Source: Carcharhinus amblyrhynchos
Lineage: Eukaryota
DNA length: 64,000 nucleotides
Reading direction: 5' to 3'
Assembly: GCA_965287045.1 (NCBI GenBank)
Contig: OZ336873.1
Span: forward strand, 45,570,001 to 45,634,000
The notes below the pieces were generated by a model. It worked only from the letters and a program-made list of their open reading frames with translations. It made no database searches and was not told the DNA's origin. Of the stretch, positions 48,595 to 61,357 are shown piece after piece (position 1 is the first letter of the stretch; each line of letters starts with the position of its first letter). The position numbers were made by a program, and so were the translations under genes.

Positions 48595-48742
48595 TGAAAA
48601 CAGAAAATGATGGAAGTACTTAGCAAGTTAGACTACTTCAAAGAAACACAAATAAAGCTAATGTTTTTGGTCGATGACCTTTCAGCAGAACAAGCTTTTC
48701 CAACACAGTATTTCAGATTTTCAGCATCCATGATATTTTTCT
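48595..48742. mobile_element. Decayed Penelope-type family B element
   Basis: aaaacagaaaatgatggaagtacttagc...tggtcgatgacctttcagcagaac...tttcagattttcagcatc. Confidence 0.45.
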
Positions 48743-49282
48743 CCTAAAACTGTTAAAAACATTAATCCTTTAATAGACATTCAGAGTTCCTCTGTAGAGT
48801 TTCATTGGTCTCCACATAGCAAGCCAAACAGTGAGACAGCTGTGTCCTGGTGACACAAGCCAAGGGATCTCCATGGAGGGATTTCTCTTCCTTACATAAA
48901 TGTCTTGTGCATTTGGTCAGCTTCGATACAAAAACTATTTGTGAATAGTTGAAAGATTTTCAGTCTCTGATCACTAATGCTCACTCAGTAAAATATCTGT
49001 CAAACGGAAAAGCATTTCAGTCTCCAGAGTTTCTTAAAATTTACCCCTTCTCTTCCTGCATGGACTCTCCATTTTGTGCCAAATTGCTCTGAGCAACTTG
49101 ATGGTGTACCTTGTCCAAGTTGTTTGGCAATTCCTCATTCACGAGCCTTGACAGTGAGTGTCAACCGGTGGTGATCGTCACATTTGAGTTAGCTCATGTA
49201 ACTGGTTTTATAATGCCCTTGACAAAGGCCTATGTCCATTTCTATGTCAAATCAGCCAAGAAATGGAATGCAGTGCAGGACA

Positions 49283-49592
49283 AAAGTTTAAGTTTATTTA
49301 TTGGTGTCAGGAGTGGGCTTACATTAACATTGCAATGAAGTTACTGTGAAAATCCCCTAGTTACCACTCTCTGGCACTTGTTTGGGTACAATGAGGGAGA
49401 AGTTAGCATGGCCAATCCATCTAACCAATACATCTTTTGGACTGTGGGAGGAAACTGGAGCATCTGGAGGAAACCCACATAGACACGGAGAGAATGTGCA
49501 GACTCCACACAGACAGTGACCCAAGACAGAAATTGAACCTGGGCCCCTGGCGCTGTGAGGCAGCAGTGCTAACAACTGTGCCATTATGCAGC
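49283..49592 (-). mobile_element. V-SINE tail type 2, full length
   Basis: ccctggcgctgtgaggcagcagtgctaacaactgtgcc head; tttatttattggtgtc tail. Confidence 0.9.
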
Positions 49593-50727
49593 TCCAAATT
49601 AACGGCAAAGAATGGAAGCAAGAAAGGAAAAAGTGCTGCAGTCTATGAAGAATTAATATCCAACTCTCACCTCTGATTTTCTTGTTCAGACTTGCAGTAA
49701 AAACGATATGTAGATTCTGCAAAACAGCAAAGTTCCCCAAAATCTTAAAGCTATGCAGTGAATCCAAATTACACCTTTGAGAATGGTCTTAATTTTGCTG
49801 CAGGATTTAGTGGCCATAAAATGCAATTACATTGGTTGAATATTCCAATGTGAGTATTGTTTTGCTCCAGTCTAACTATTGGAGGGCCTGTTTTTCCACA
49901 TGTCAAAGTACTATTAACCCTTTAATAATTAGAATGTCACATTTTACTATATTCAAATGATGTTTATAACACAATGGCATAGACTGATGATGGTTCAATG
50001 AGTCAAACTATAGGACACATGCAAAGTTTTCCTTTTCGCTGTTTCACTTACTGCTACTTTAATCTCACTCCTTTGTTTACAAGTTTGCAATTTTCCTGGG
50101 TTTATGCTTGATATTCGCTCTTAAAAATGAAGATTTGCTGTTCAACTGATAAACTCACAAGGAAATCGGACCTCCCAGATGCTGCAGTGAATTTAGATCT
50201 TAGACATGAGTGTTGTGGCGAAGGCTCTAATTTTGATCCTTGGTCTGTGCAGTTGACTAATCCTAGCCAAGGTGGTAGGACCGGACAATGACTTCAGTGG
50301 TTTTGACTTGAAAAAAAATCCAAAAGAAATTGGTTATTAAAGTTCTCTTCCAGATTGCTTTTCAGTAAATCTGATTGGAAATGTGAATTAACAAACTTAA
50401 AAGGACTGAGTGGCCTACTCCTTTGCCCATGTGCAGGTTTTAGAAGAGAATAGGGCTAATCAGCTGTCTTGTGAAAATCCAGTTTTATAACTCATATGGT
50501 CTTACAAATTAACTTTTAGTTTAGAAATTGAATTTTAAATGTAGATTATTGGAAACACTTGATTGAGAGACATAGGGTAATTACAGTTCAAAGAGTAACT
50601 AACCTGTGCTTAGTTAATAGCATTAAGATTGGAAGTGAGAAAACCTAATCAATTGATGATCCATCTCTTGAGCTTGATGGGAGCAGGAGCTTTACAGTTA
50701 TTTCAATAAGGGATTTAAATTATTCAT

Positions 50728-50945
50728 AAGATAAAGACAAAACACTACAGATGCTGGAATCTGAAACAAAAACAGAAAATCCTGGAAAATCTCAGCAGGT
50801 TTGACAGCACCTGTGGAGAGAGAATAGACCTACTGTTGACAGTCTGGATGACCCTTCGTCAGAGCTGATGAATAATCATCCAGACTCAAAATGTTGGTTC
50901 TACTCTCTTCCACACTTGCTGAGATTTTCAGCATTTTCTGTCATT
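50728..50945. mobile_element. Penelope-type family B palindromic insertion with perfect 16-bp TSD
   Basis: TSD GATTTAAATTATTCAT at 50712-50727 and 50946-50961; central cttcgtcagAGctgatgaa palindrome. Confidence 0.85.
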
Positions 50946-51175
50946 GATTTAAATTATTCATGTAGTTATTATTTGATATAAAAACTACATGAATAAGTTC
51001 AAAGCACCTTCGTAAACAAGGGGGTTTCTGAGTGGAACAAGCAAGTCTGGAAAGAGGGCCATTAACTCCATTAGAGATACAAATTATTTATGCAAGTTCC
51101 AGAATCGAAGTGTTCTCTTGAAGGTGAAAAAAATTAAATTACATTTCTGTTGGGAACATCCTGAATGTGCCACGT

Positions 51176-52036
51176 TGTTATGAAGATAGGCTTTGCAAGG
51201 AGGCCCATGTGTGTGTCTTGAGTTTCTGCTCACAGAAACAAGCAGTTAACTTGGGCACACAGAGTCAAGGAAGCAAAAGAACAAATGTTAGCCGGGCCAG
51301 CACTTTAAAGAAGAGAAAATTATCATCCATGGCATGGAACTCAGATGGGAGTTCATGTTCGGTTTGGAAACAGTTTGTGTGGGGAAATGCGGCTAGAAGA
51401 CTTGCCTCGCTTAGAGCTAGAATAAAAAATTTACATTAACCCTCAAAGTGAAAAACACTTGGGGACATTTAAAGACGGGCAGTTGGTCTGTGAAGAGCTA
51501 TAAAGAAGCAATGGGAACAGACTGGGAGAAAGAAGTGTCCGTCCAAAGGCAGGATAAAGAACAAAGAAGCCCTTCGATATCAGGGGTGCTCCTGAATTTT
51601 AAAAATCACTAAACAAGAATTGAGTGAGGCCCAAGCTTGAGCTGAGAAGTCCAAAGTCCTGAGATTAGAATGAAAGTTGAAGGATCTTTTTGCGAAAAGC
51701 TAATGGAATAATCCCCATGATATCTTGTAACTTAAAGAATAGCTAGAGCAAGAGAAGAAATCAAAGTGAATTCTGGAGGGTTGTGAAATACTTGGTTTGA
51801 TCTTAAAAGTAGTCTCAAGATCTCAAATTTAAAAAAGGGAATTTGTGTGGAATTGGGAAGCAAACAAAAAAGTGGCGGGGGGGTGGAGAAACTGATTACA
51901 TTAAAAAACTGAAGCAAGTGCTACTAAGCACTAGAGTAAAGCTTTTCTTTAACATGAAATCTTGTGCTGTAATTCTTTAAATCACTAGGTTAGAATTTCT
52001 CTTTAAACATCAAAAGTCTCTACAGAGATTATAACA
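51176..52036 (+). mobile_element. Probable solo LTR (about 860 bp)
   Basis: TGTTAT...ATAACA terminal inverted hexamer; AGTAAA polyA-like signal near 51935; GCCAC near both ends. Confidence 0.55.
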
Positions 52037-52174
52037 GCCACCAACAATCAAATACATTACTGACATTTATCCTACATTAATCATCAGCCACTTGGGCCAA
52101 CTGCTATCAGTGAGGAAGTCAACATCTTCTGGAGAATTTGTAGGGGAAAAAAAACACTCAAGTACAAATATTAA

Positions 52175-52385
52175 GGAAGGAAGGAACTTGGAATTATATA
52201 ATACTTTTAACAGCTGATGACATTCCAAAACATTTTTTGAAGTGTAGTCACTGCTACAATGTAGGAAAAAATGGCAGAAAACCTGGCCAGGTTCCATGAA
52301 TGTCAGCCTAAAGTTGGTGTTCAAGCTTCTGGTATCATAAAATTCGGACTCGCAGCCTTCTGACTCAGATAAGTACGTTATCACT
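52175..52385 (-). mobile_element. SacSINE1-like DeuSINE, internally deleted
   Basis: gcagccttctgactcag head; tttgaagtgtagtcactgctacaatgtaggaaa tail. Confidence 0.7.
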
Positions 52386-52990
52386 GGACTTGAGCATAAA
52401 AATTAAGGTTGACAATCCTAATGCTGTAATGAAGGAACACTACACTGTTGGAAGTATTGTTTTTGGATAACACATTAAATCAAAAACCCATCTGCCTTTT
52501 CAAGTGAATGTAAAAGATCTGTAATGATTTCAATCAGGCTATCAGAGGTTGGCCTACTGGAATATGAACTCTGATTAAGGAGTCAATTAATGGGCCGGAG
52601 GGTCTTTTCCTTGTATTTAACTAGGAATGTCAGTTCCTCTGGCACTCACGAAGGTAGACTGCTGACTGATTTCAACAGCAGCACACAGAGTGTTATTGTA
52701 AATTAAGGGATCTTGGTGAAGGGAATTCTGCCTCCAAAGACTTAGTACAAGATTCCACCGCATTCTCAAAGTAAAGCAGAGGAGTTATCTCTGAGGTCCT
52801 AGCCAATATTTATTCCTCAATCAACATCACAAACAAAAACAGATCTGTTCATTATCAGTGATATTTGAAGTTTACCGAACACAATTAGCTCACATTTCCT
52901 ACATTACAACAATGATTACACTTCAAAAAGTGCTTCTTTGGCTGTCAAATACTTTAAGACATCAGCGAAGTGCTATATAAATGCATTTTT
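52386..52990 (+). mobile_element. SacSINE1-like DeuSINE interrupted by a solo LTR
   Basis: gacttgagcata...gtaaaagatc | gtcctagccaatatttattcctcaatcaacatcac...tttcctacattacaac...gctatataaatgca. Confidence 0.8.
52520..52749 (+). mobile_element. 230-bp solo LTR with 5-bp TSD
   Basis: TGTAAT...AGTACA; TSD AGATC (52515-52519) / AGATT (52750-52754); ATTAAG near 3' end. Confidence 0.7.
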
Positions 52991-54027
52991 TTTTTATTTT
53001 CACTGAGCCACTGCTAATAGATATGGTAGCAATCAGCACAATTTTTGCTAATATTTACAGTAAATCCTAATAAATTAACAGTGTGCTTTGTTTTATACAG
53101 GAACATTTGTAAAAAGGCCATCATGATTTTCCAGCCATTTTAAACACCAGATACAAGGACAACTTTGGAGAATGCTTCTACCAGCCATGCTTTCCAAATC
53201 TACTATTGACATCAATTTAATATAACTGAAAAATAATGAGCTAGCTCTTTATTGGAAGTTTGAAAACTGAACACAATTCTAGAGTTTGGTTTAGATTTAT
53301 GCAGATAAGTCAACTTCATCTGAATCAAAGATCAAACTGTAAATTTACAGTATTATCAACAAGCAGACAATGGGAAAATCTCACAGGTCAAAAGCTCAGT
53401 GACAGGAGCTGCAATCACATGCACGCCTCTTCAATGACATTCCGCCAGAAAATCCTGACGAGTACTGTAAAAACCGCTGGAAGTAGTAATCACAGATCCT
53501 TTAAGAGTAATGAATTGAAAAAGAATCACCAGATTAAAATTAAGCCCGCAAAATTTTCAACACATTCTCAACATGGGATTTTATTTTTAAATCATACAGA
53601 ATTATCAGTCATGTCATAAATTTTGATATGGAGACCATGAAGTGGTTAGCTGAATCAAGCATTGGGGAGGTTTGGAAATTAATTAAAATGGGACACGGCA
53701 GGCCAGACAGTTCCCTGGTGTCCTCCTACTCCACCACCATAACTTTGTCATTATTTCTGAGCATAGACAAATGCTTTTTTCTGCATTTTCAAAGCTATGA
53801 CAGGAAAGTGACAGCAAATCAATTCCTGTAAGTATTTTTTAAAATCGAGGAATCCCAAGTCAGAGTCATTATGGCACAGAATGAGGCCATTTGGGCCTTG
53901 AAGTCCATACAGGCTCTCTGTAAGCAACCTAAACAGTTCTTTTCCCTCCAGTCAACTCCCATAACCTTATAGGTTTAATTTCCTTCAAATGGCTACCAAA
54001 TTTCCTTTTGAAATCATTGATTTGTTT

Positions 54028-54340
54028 TCATAGAATCCCTACAGTGCAGAAGGAGGCCATTTGACCCATCGGGCCTGCACCAACAACAGTCCCACCCAGG
54101 CCCTAAGCCCACCACATGTATTTACCCTGCTAATCCTCTAACACTAAGGGGCAATTTATCATGGCCAACCTAACCCGCATATCTTTGGACTGTGGAAAGA
54201 CCAGCGCACGCAGAGGAAGCCCACACAGACACAGGGAAAAAGTGCACATTCAACACAGACAGTCACCCAAGGCCAAAACTGAACCTGAGTCCCTGGCGCT
54301 GTGACGCAGCAATGCTAACCACTGTGCCCCGGTGCTGCCC
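54028..54340 (-). mobile_element. HE1/V-SINE with CR1-type tail
   Basis: tcatagaatccctacagtgcagaaggaggccat...ccctggcgctgtgacgcagcaatgctaaccactgtg. Confidence 0.9.
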
Positions 54341-54575
54341 TTCCTGCATGCCACCTGCATCTCTAATCCAAAAACTTACATCAGTTTCTCCTTTTGCTAT
54401 CAGCTAATGGGAACAGCTTTTCTTCATCTACCTTATCTAAATAAAGACCACCAAACCTCCCTTCAAAGGGAGCAACCTCAGTTTATCCAACCTAAATGGA
54501 AGGACGCAGATCACAATAGAGGGTACCAGCAAATCTGAACATAGAAGGATGAAGGACTAGGCCAAATAAAGTAAA

Positions 54576-55021
54576 GTCTCACAACACCAGGTTAAAGCCC
54601 AACAGTTTTATTTGGTATCACGAGTTTTCAAAGTACTGCTCCTTCATCAGGCGAGTAGAGAATTGGGTTCACAAACACAATATATATAGGCAGAGACTCA
54701 ATTGCAAGATAATGGTTGGAATGCGAGTCTTAACAGGTAATCAAGTCTTTACAGGTACAGGCAACTTGAGTGGAAAGAGGGATAATCACATGCATTGTCT
54801 GTAAAGACATGATTACCTGTTAAGGTGTGCATTTCAACCATTATCTTGCAATTGAGTCTCTGCCTATACATGCTGTGTTTGTGAACCCAACTCTCCACTC
54901 ACCTGATGAAGAAACAGCAGTCCTAAAGCTTGTGATACCAAATAAACCTGTTAGACTTTAACCTGTGTTGTGAGGCTTCTTACTGTGCCCACCCCAGTCC
55001 AACGCCCGTGTCTCCACATCA
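54576..55021 (+). mobile_element. Penelope-type family A long palindromic insertion
   Basis: About 185-bp inverted arms (54576-54755 and 54797-54978); decayed hammerhead cores; TSD CAAATAAAGTAAA (54563) / CAAATTAAATAAA (55022). Confidence 0.85.
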
Positions 55022-55524
55022 CAAATTAAATAAAAATACTGATCAGCTTGGATCTAAAATTTATAGTAAGCCTGAAAGGCAATGGAATAGAGAAATGGCT
55101 AAAAGATAAGTTAAAACATGGAGCATGAAAAACATTTCAACCAACTGTACCAACACTAGTTTCTTGAGTAATTACTTGGCAAGTGTCAACAGTAACCAGT
55201 GACTGATTCACCTGTTCATCCACTACCTTTCATAAAAGCTGTATTTAGCAAACAATTCAAGTTACTGATTCTCAATTAGTCACTTGATTCTCAAGTTTAA
55301 CTGCAGGGAGTTGCCCAAAACAAGAGTAGTAGGCTTGAACATTTGAAAGATAATTATGAAACAAAATAAATCATGTTCTACATGTTGTGCCTGCTGTGAA
55401 GCAGTTTCGCCTATTGCAGTAATGCAAGTTGAAATACATACACGGCTGGAATCCAACTTGTTACACCAGATGGCTTCACATTGAGAGGTTCCGAGGAAAC
55501 CCAGACTGCTAAACTGCTTTAAAA

Positions 55525-56710
55525 TAAGACCATAAGAAATAGAAACAGGAATAAGCCTTTATTCAGTGGGATCATAGCTGATCCACATTCCTCATGTCCT
55601 CTTTCCTGTCATTTCCCTTGCTGATGAAAAAGTTCTATTCATTCCAGGCTTAAATATATACATGGACTCTGCCCTCTCAGCTCTGTGGCAAGGAATTCCA
55701 AAGACTCTGAACCCCAGAAGAAGAAATTTCTCCTCATCTCAGTCTCAAATTGGCACCTCTTTATTCCAAGGCAATGCCTTCTGGCCCTAGATTCTCCCAC
55801 AAAGGGAAACATCCTTTCAGCATTTACCCCATCAAGTCTCTTAAGAATCCACTATGGTTCAATGAGGCCACCTCTTGTTCTCCTAAAATCCAAGTAGTAG
55901 TGTCCCAATCTGTTTACTCTTTCCTTGAAGTCAATGGCTCCATACAGGGATCATCCTAGTGAACCTTCTCTGAACTGCCAATGAAATAATATATTTCCTT
56001 AAATAAGGGGACCAAATTTGCTCACAGCACTCCAGATGTGGTCTCAACTTGTACAGTTGCAGCAAGACTTCATATTCCCACCCCTTGAAATAAGGGCCAA
56101 CATTCCATCAGCCTTACTGATTAGCTGCTGCACTTGTATGCCAGCTTTCTATGTTTTGTGCACAAGGACCCCCACGTCTCTCTATGTTCTCCATTTGAAT
56201 AATACTGTGCCTTTTTTCTCCCCTCCAAAATGAACTTATTTTCCCAAATTATTTTCCACTTGCCAACTTTTTGCCCATGTACTTAACCTATCAATATCTC
56301 TTTGTAAACTTTATGTAATTCTCTCAATTTGCCTTTCCATATATTTTTGTCTCATCTGCATATTTAGCTTTAGTACATTCACTTCCTTCCTCTAAGTCGT
56401 TAATACATATTATAAACAGTTGCGGTGCCAGCACTGATTCTTACGGAATCCCATTGGTTACAAGTCACCGACTGAAAAAGAATTCGCTATCCCCACTCAT
56501 GATTTCCTGCCCATTAGTCAATTCTCTATCCATACCAAGAGAATCCAACACCATGGACTCTTCCTTTCGTGAGGAACATTGTCAAATCCCTTCTAGAAGT
56601 CCAAATACGACAAATATACTGGTTCCCTCTCTATCTATCCTGGTTGAGACTTCCATGAAAAGCTCTAAATCAGTAAATCAGACATGATTTTCTTTTTAAG
56701 AAGCCATGAA
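55525..56710 (-). mobile_element. Old CR1 3' portion
   Basis: taagaccataagaaatagaaacagga tail; aagaagaaatttctcctcatctc; decayed RT. Confidence 0.8.
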
Positions 56711-57849
56711 AATATTTTTAACCAGAAACTTATCCTGCTTTTCCTCAACTGCGGAACACAAGTATGTACATGTTGGTGTTATGAAAATAGTTAAAAGCTT
56801 TACTTGAAGCATCATAAATGTGTCTCCAGCCTTGGAGATTCAAAGCAGATCATGAGCTATACACCTATTGAAGAAAGAAGTCTAGCAATGCAAACGTACG
56901 TAACAAGCACAGAAGAAAACTTTAACAATAATCATTTAATCTCAAGATTTTTGTCCTTGCCCTTCTGCAAGGAAAATGCCTCATCATCCCCATGCTGTCT
57001 ACCTGTTAGAAATTCTGTCCTCAGGATGTCCAATCACTTAATTAAACAAAGAAATTATATGATTTCCACTTTTCTATATCTGACATTGGTCAAAGACATG
57101 TAACTTTCCCAATTTATTTATAAGGGAACATGTTTGTTTCAGTTTGAAATAAATGATCTGATGAAAGGGCATCAACATTAGCTCTCTCTCTCTCCAGGCC
57201 TGCTGAGTATTTCCAGCACATTGTTTTTAATTTCAGATTTTATGTGAATGTTTATTTCTGTATTAGTGCTTAATAAGGATCATCTCACTTGTAGAATATT
57301 CCACCTCAACGTTAATACTGATAAATAATTTGCCACACCAGAGCAGTTCAATGGGCTTATATAAAGTGGATTTGTATTGACTATCTTTAGTCAGCACTTC
57401 TGCTCTTTACTGAAAGCCCAGCCAGTCTGTAGGAACAACACTTCAAAGATCTGCGAAATGTAAAACATCACCGTATGTGGTTAGCCAATTCTTACCTTTT
57501 AATAATAGTGTCTTAAACTCAAAAATTCTGTTGAGGGGTGTGAAACTCCACAAATGATATGGATTAAAAAAAAGGTATAAAAACATTGAAAGATAAAACT
57601 TTCAAATATTTTGGATCTTTTTCCCCTTCCTACTGTCCCAATAAACTTCACCAACCAGAAATAACCTGTATGCAGATCTTTGTTGCTACCAACTTATAGC
57701 AATATATGGAACTCTTCACTAGTAGTCCCTTTTTCTCTGGCAAAGTGCCAACCCAAGGTGGCAGTCAACAGCATGTCTGCAGAAATAGGGGACAAATGAC
57801 TGTGCAAGGTATTAGAAAAAAAATAGAAATACGTAAATATTAGGATAAT

Positions 57850-57985
57850 TAGCTTTGACAAAGTGTCATCTGGACTTGAAGTATCAGTTCTTTTCTCTCC
57901 TTACAGATGCTGCCAGACCTGCCAGATTTTCCAGCATTCTGTCTTTTGGTTTCAGATTCCAGCATCTGCAGTAATTTGCTTTTAT
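57850..57985 (+). mobile_element. Penelope-type family B fragment
   Basis: agctttgacaaagtgtcatctggacttgaa...tttcagattccagcatctgcagtaatttgctttt. Confidence 0.65.
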
Positions 57986-58069
57986 TAAGTAGAAATGGAC
58001 GCAAGTCCTGAAGACATTTATTGGGGGGGTGAAACAGGAAAAGATTGATAGGCTGGATCATTTTCCCCT

Positions 58070-59020
58070 TCAAAGCTAAGAGATAACCAAAAGGTCTTTA
58101 AAATTATGAAAGGTTTTGATAGAGTGGATAGAGTGAGAATGTTTGCATTTGTGGGGAAGAACAATCAATATGAAATAGCCAATAAGAAATCAAATGTAGA
58201 ATTCATGAATTTTTTTTAACCCAAGAGTAACGAGAATGTGGAAGAAGCAGGGAGCGGTTGAAGCAAATAGAAGAGAGAGTAGTGAAAGCAGATAGTAAAA
58301 ATGCATCAAAGTGGAAGTTAGACAAGCAAACATGAAGCAGAAGAGGGTTCCAATCTTAGAAAAATTCGGGAAACACGAGAGGAAGCTTGAGTAGAGCATG
58401 CTTAGGTAGGTCTGAATTTATGCAGCATATTGTAAGCAAGGCTCAGGATCTTATTGCAAATGCATAATTGCATGTCAAAACTTGCCACTCATGGTTCCAG
58501 ATGGTGGACCCTTGCTTTCCTAGCATTTCTGGCAAGTTATTTGTGTCTTCTTCAGCAAAGACAGAAGTTAATGTTTAATTGCTCCGCTATTTCCTTGTTC
58601 TCCAGTTTCAGACTGCAAGGGACTTGTATTGTCTTCACTAATCTTCTTTTAACTTACAGAAAGTTCCACAATTCACTTTTCATATTCCCTGCAAGTTTAC
58701 TCTCATACTTTATTTCCCTACTTAACCAAGCCCTTGTTCTTGCTTTGTTGAATTCTAAATTGCTTCCAATCATCACGCTTGCTAATCTTTTGGGCAACTT
58801 TATATGACTCCTTTTTGAATTTAATACTAGCCACTATTTAATTTGTTAGCCATTGTGCCTGTTGTATTTTTGCGCCAGAAAGGAATATATAATTGCTGCA
58901 ATGCATGCATTTGTTCCTTAAATATTAGCCATTGCGCCCATCCGTTGTTATGCCTTTCAATTAAGTTACCCAATCTATCATAGCCAATTCACCCATTATA
59001 CCTTTGTAGTTTTCTTCTTT
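58070..59020. mobile_element. Old CR1 fragments (plus 58070-58400, minus 58540-59020)
   Basis: gtctttaaaattatgaaaggttttgatagagtggata (VFKIMKGFDRVD); tgtttaattgctccgctatttcc. Confidence 0.55.
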
Positions 59021-59327
59021 TTGATTAAAGTCAACACAAAGAAAACTGAAATAATGTACTAACCTGCTGCAGGAGAGCCCTACATTCAGCCTAAAGTTTC
59101 AATCCATGTCCAGAACCTGTCAGTGTCAGTAAGTTCACTTATCTCAATGACATACTCTCCCGAGTTGTCTACATTGAGAAGACACATGCAAGAATTGCCG
59201 AAGGAAGGTGTAGCCCGCAGCAGACTTCAAATATTAGTCTGGGGATAAAGAGGAACAAGTTTGCCTACCAAACTGGAAGTCTATAAAACAATGGGTTGCC
59301 CACTCTGCTATATGCATGCAAGACAGC

Positions 59328-59385
59328 ATGTGAGACAGTGACACTCTGCTGCCTCACTGCTCCACACACCTGGGTTTAGTTCTGG

Positions 59386-59449
<64 letters not shown>

Positions 59450-59703
59450 TTTGCACAATCTCCCAGTGTCTCTGGGTACTCCAGTTTCCTCCAACAGTCC
59501 AAAGATGTGTAGATTAGGCGACTGGTCATGCTAAATGGCCCTTCAGTGTCCCAAGATGTGTAGATTAGATGGATTAGCCATGGAAAATGTGTGGAGTTAC
59601 AGGGATAAGGCAAGGGAGAGTAAAATACACTTACCAGAGAGTCAGTGCAGACTTATGGGACTGAATGGCCTCTTTCGCACTCAAGGGATTCTATGATTCT
59701 ATG
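59328..59703 (+). mobile_element. HE1/V-SINE with CR1-type tail and internal (GT)n
   Basis: gtttgcacaatctccc...ggattctatgattctatga. Confidence 0.85.
59388..59446. repeat. (GT)n microsatellite, about 29 units
   Basis: Perfect GT run. Confidence 0.98.
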
Positions 59704-60696
59704 ACACAGACTGTGTACCAGCGTCATACCAAGAAGCTCGTCCACTTTCACATGAGCTGCCTTTTGGAAGCTTCTGAAGATCAGATGGAAGAACTAAATA
59801 TCCAAAACCAAAGCATTCACCTGAGCTGGCACGCCAAGTATTTGCACCGTATTGGGACAGTCACAACTGAGTTGGACTGGTCATGTAGCCAGAATGCATA
59901 ATGCTTGTTTACCAGAGGTAATCTTCTATAGAGAGTTTGAGACCATGGTGTGCTCTTCTGGTGGTCAAAGAAAGCACTACAGTAAAGACCACTTAGGAGT
60001 TTTGATTTTGACCAGGCAATCCTGGGAGAAACTTGCCGAGGATAGCTGCCCCAGCAGAACCAAACAAAATGACATCAAGAGGAGGGAAAATAACAAGGAG
60101 AGAAAAGTTCAACCAAAAAACTTATTCAAAATGCAATCATCTAAAGCATCTTGTACTATTTGCAGGAGAGCCTTCCACAGACAGATCAGCTTTATCAGTC
60201 ATCTACATATCCACCAGAATCCCCCAATCACCCCAATGATAAACATAAGCAACTTCACCTCAAAAGGACAAACAAGAGATACACCTGGCTCACACACCAA
60301 TTACAGCTGCAACTGAAGTGCATAAGATGCGTCTTTTTGTTCGCTTCCAATTTTCTCCTACAAAATCAGAGGTTTATCATGGACGATGGGGATTCTATAG
60401 ACAATTCCTCCTTTACCTCAAACAAATGACTGTTCCTCAAGTCCCGGGCTTGATAGAAAATATTGGCAGACAGACACTGGAGCTCAGGTAAATCCAAAGC
60501 CCAGACTTTTGCGATGACTCACTTTCTCCTCTTCCCACCTCAGGAACACCAAGACAATTTCACAACCCAAATACACAGGAGTTCCTGAATAGCAAGTTAC
60601 TGCATTCCTTTCAGAATGGCACTGCTGATGCATACTTAAAAAATGACTCAAAAAAAAAGTACCTCACTTAATTGCAAAACACATAACATTAGTAGT

Positions 60697-61357
60697 AGCA
60701 TAGTGGTTAGCACTGCTGCCTCACAGCACCAGGGACCCGGATTCTTGGGGAGGCAGTGGTGTAATGGTATTGTCACTGGACTAGTAGTGCAGAGAACAAG
60801 AACAGGATTTGGAGGCCTGAGTTCAAATCCCACCACAACAGTTAGTGAAATTTGAATTCATTAAAACAATCTGGAATTAAAAGTCTAATGAGGACCATGA
60901 AACCACTGTCAAAAAAAAAGCCATCTGATTCACTAATGTCCTTTAGGGAACGAAATCTATCTTTATGTGGTCTGGCTTACATGTGACTCTAGATCCACAG
61001 TAGCATGGTTGACTCTCAAACGCCCACTGAAATGGAGGGCAGTAAATGTTGGCTCACCCAGTGATGCCCACATCCCATAAAGTAATTTTTTTTAAAAATT
61101 CTGGCCTTTGGTCACTGTCTATGGAGTTTCCACAACCTCCCCATATCTGCACAAGTTTCCTCCAGCTGATCTGGTTTCCTCCCGGAGTTCAAAGTTGCGC
61201 AGGTTAGGTGGATTTGCCATGCTAAATTACCCTTTAGGGTCAGGGAGATTTGCAGGGTAAATACGTGGGTTGCAGGGATAGGGCCCTGGCGGAATTGCTG
61301 TCAGTGCAGGCTCGATGGGCCAAATAGCTTCCTTCTGCAGTGTAGGGATTCTATGAT
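60697..61357 (+). mobile_element. HE1/V-SINE interrupted by a tRNA-SINE
   Basis: Head gtggttagcactgctgcctcacagcaccagggacccggattc; resumes ctggcctttggtcactgtct near 61101; gggattctatga tail. Confidence 0.85.
60747..61097 (+). mobile_element. Shark tRNA-derived SINE, full length
   Basis: gggaggcagtggtgtaatggtattgtcactggactag...gagttcaaatcccacc...gatgcccacatccc. Confidence 0.88.

Larger units (their letters stand above)
59025..60270 (+). mobile_element. RTE-clade LINE 3' fragment, decayed, split by a V-SINE
   Basis: SKFTYL, TKLEVYK, PTLLYAC|TVYQRHTKKLVHFHMSCL, QLSWTGHVARM, GGQRKHY, C-terminal CTICRRAFHRQISFISHLHIH. Confidence 0.85.

Noticed and set aside
59308-59613. ORF with poly-HT repeat
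   Set aside because: Translation of the (GT)n microsatellite within a SINE
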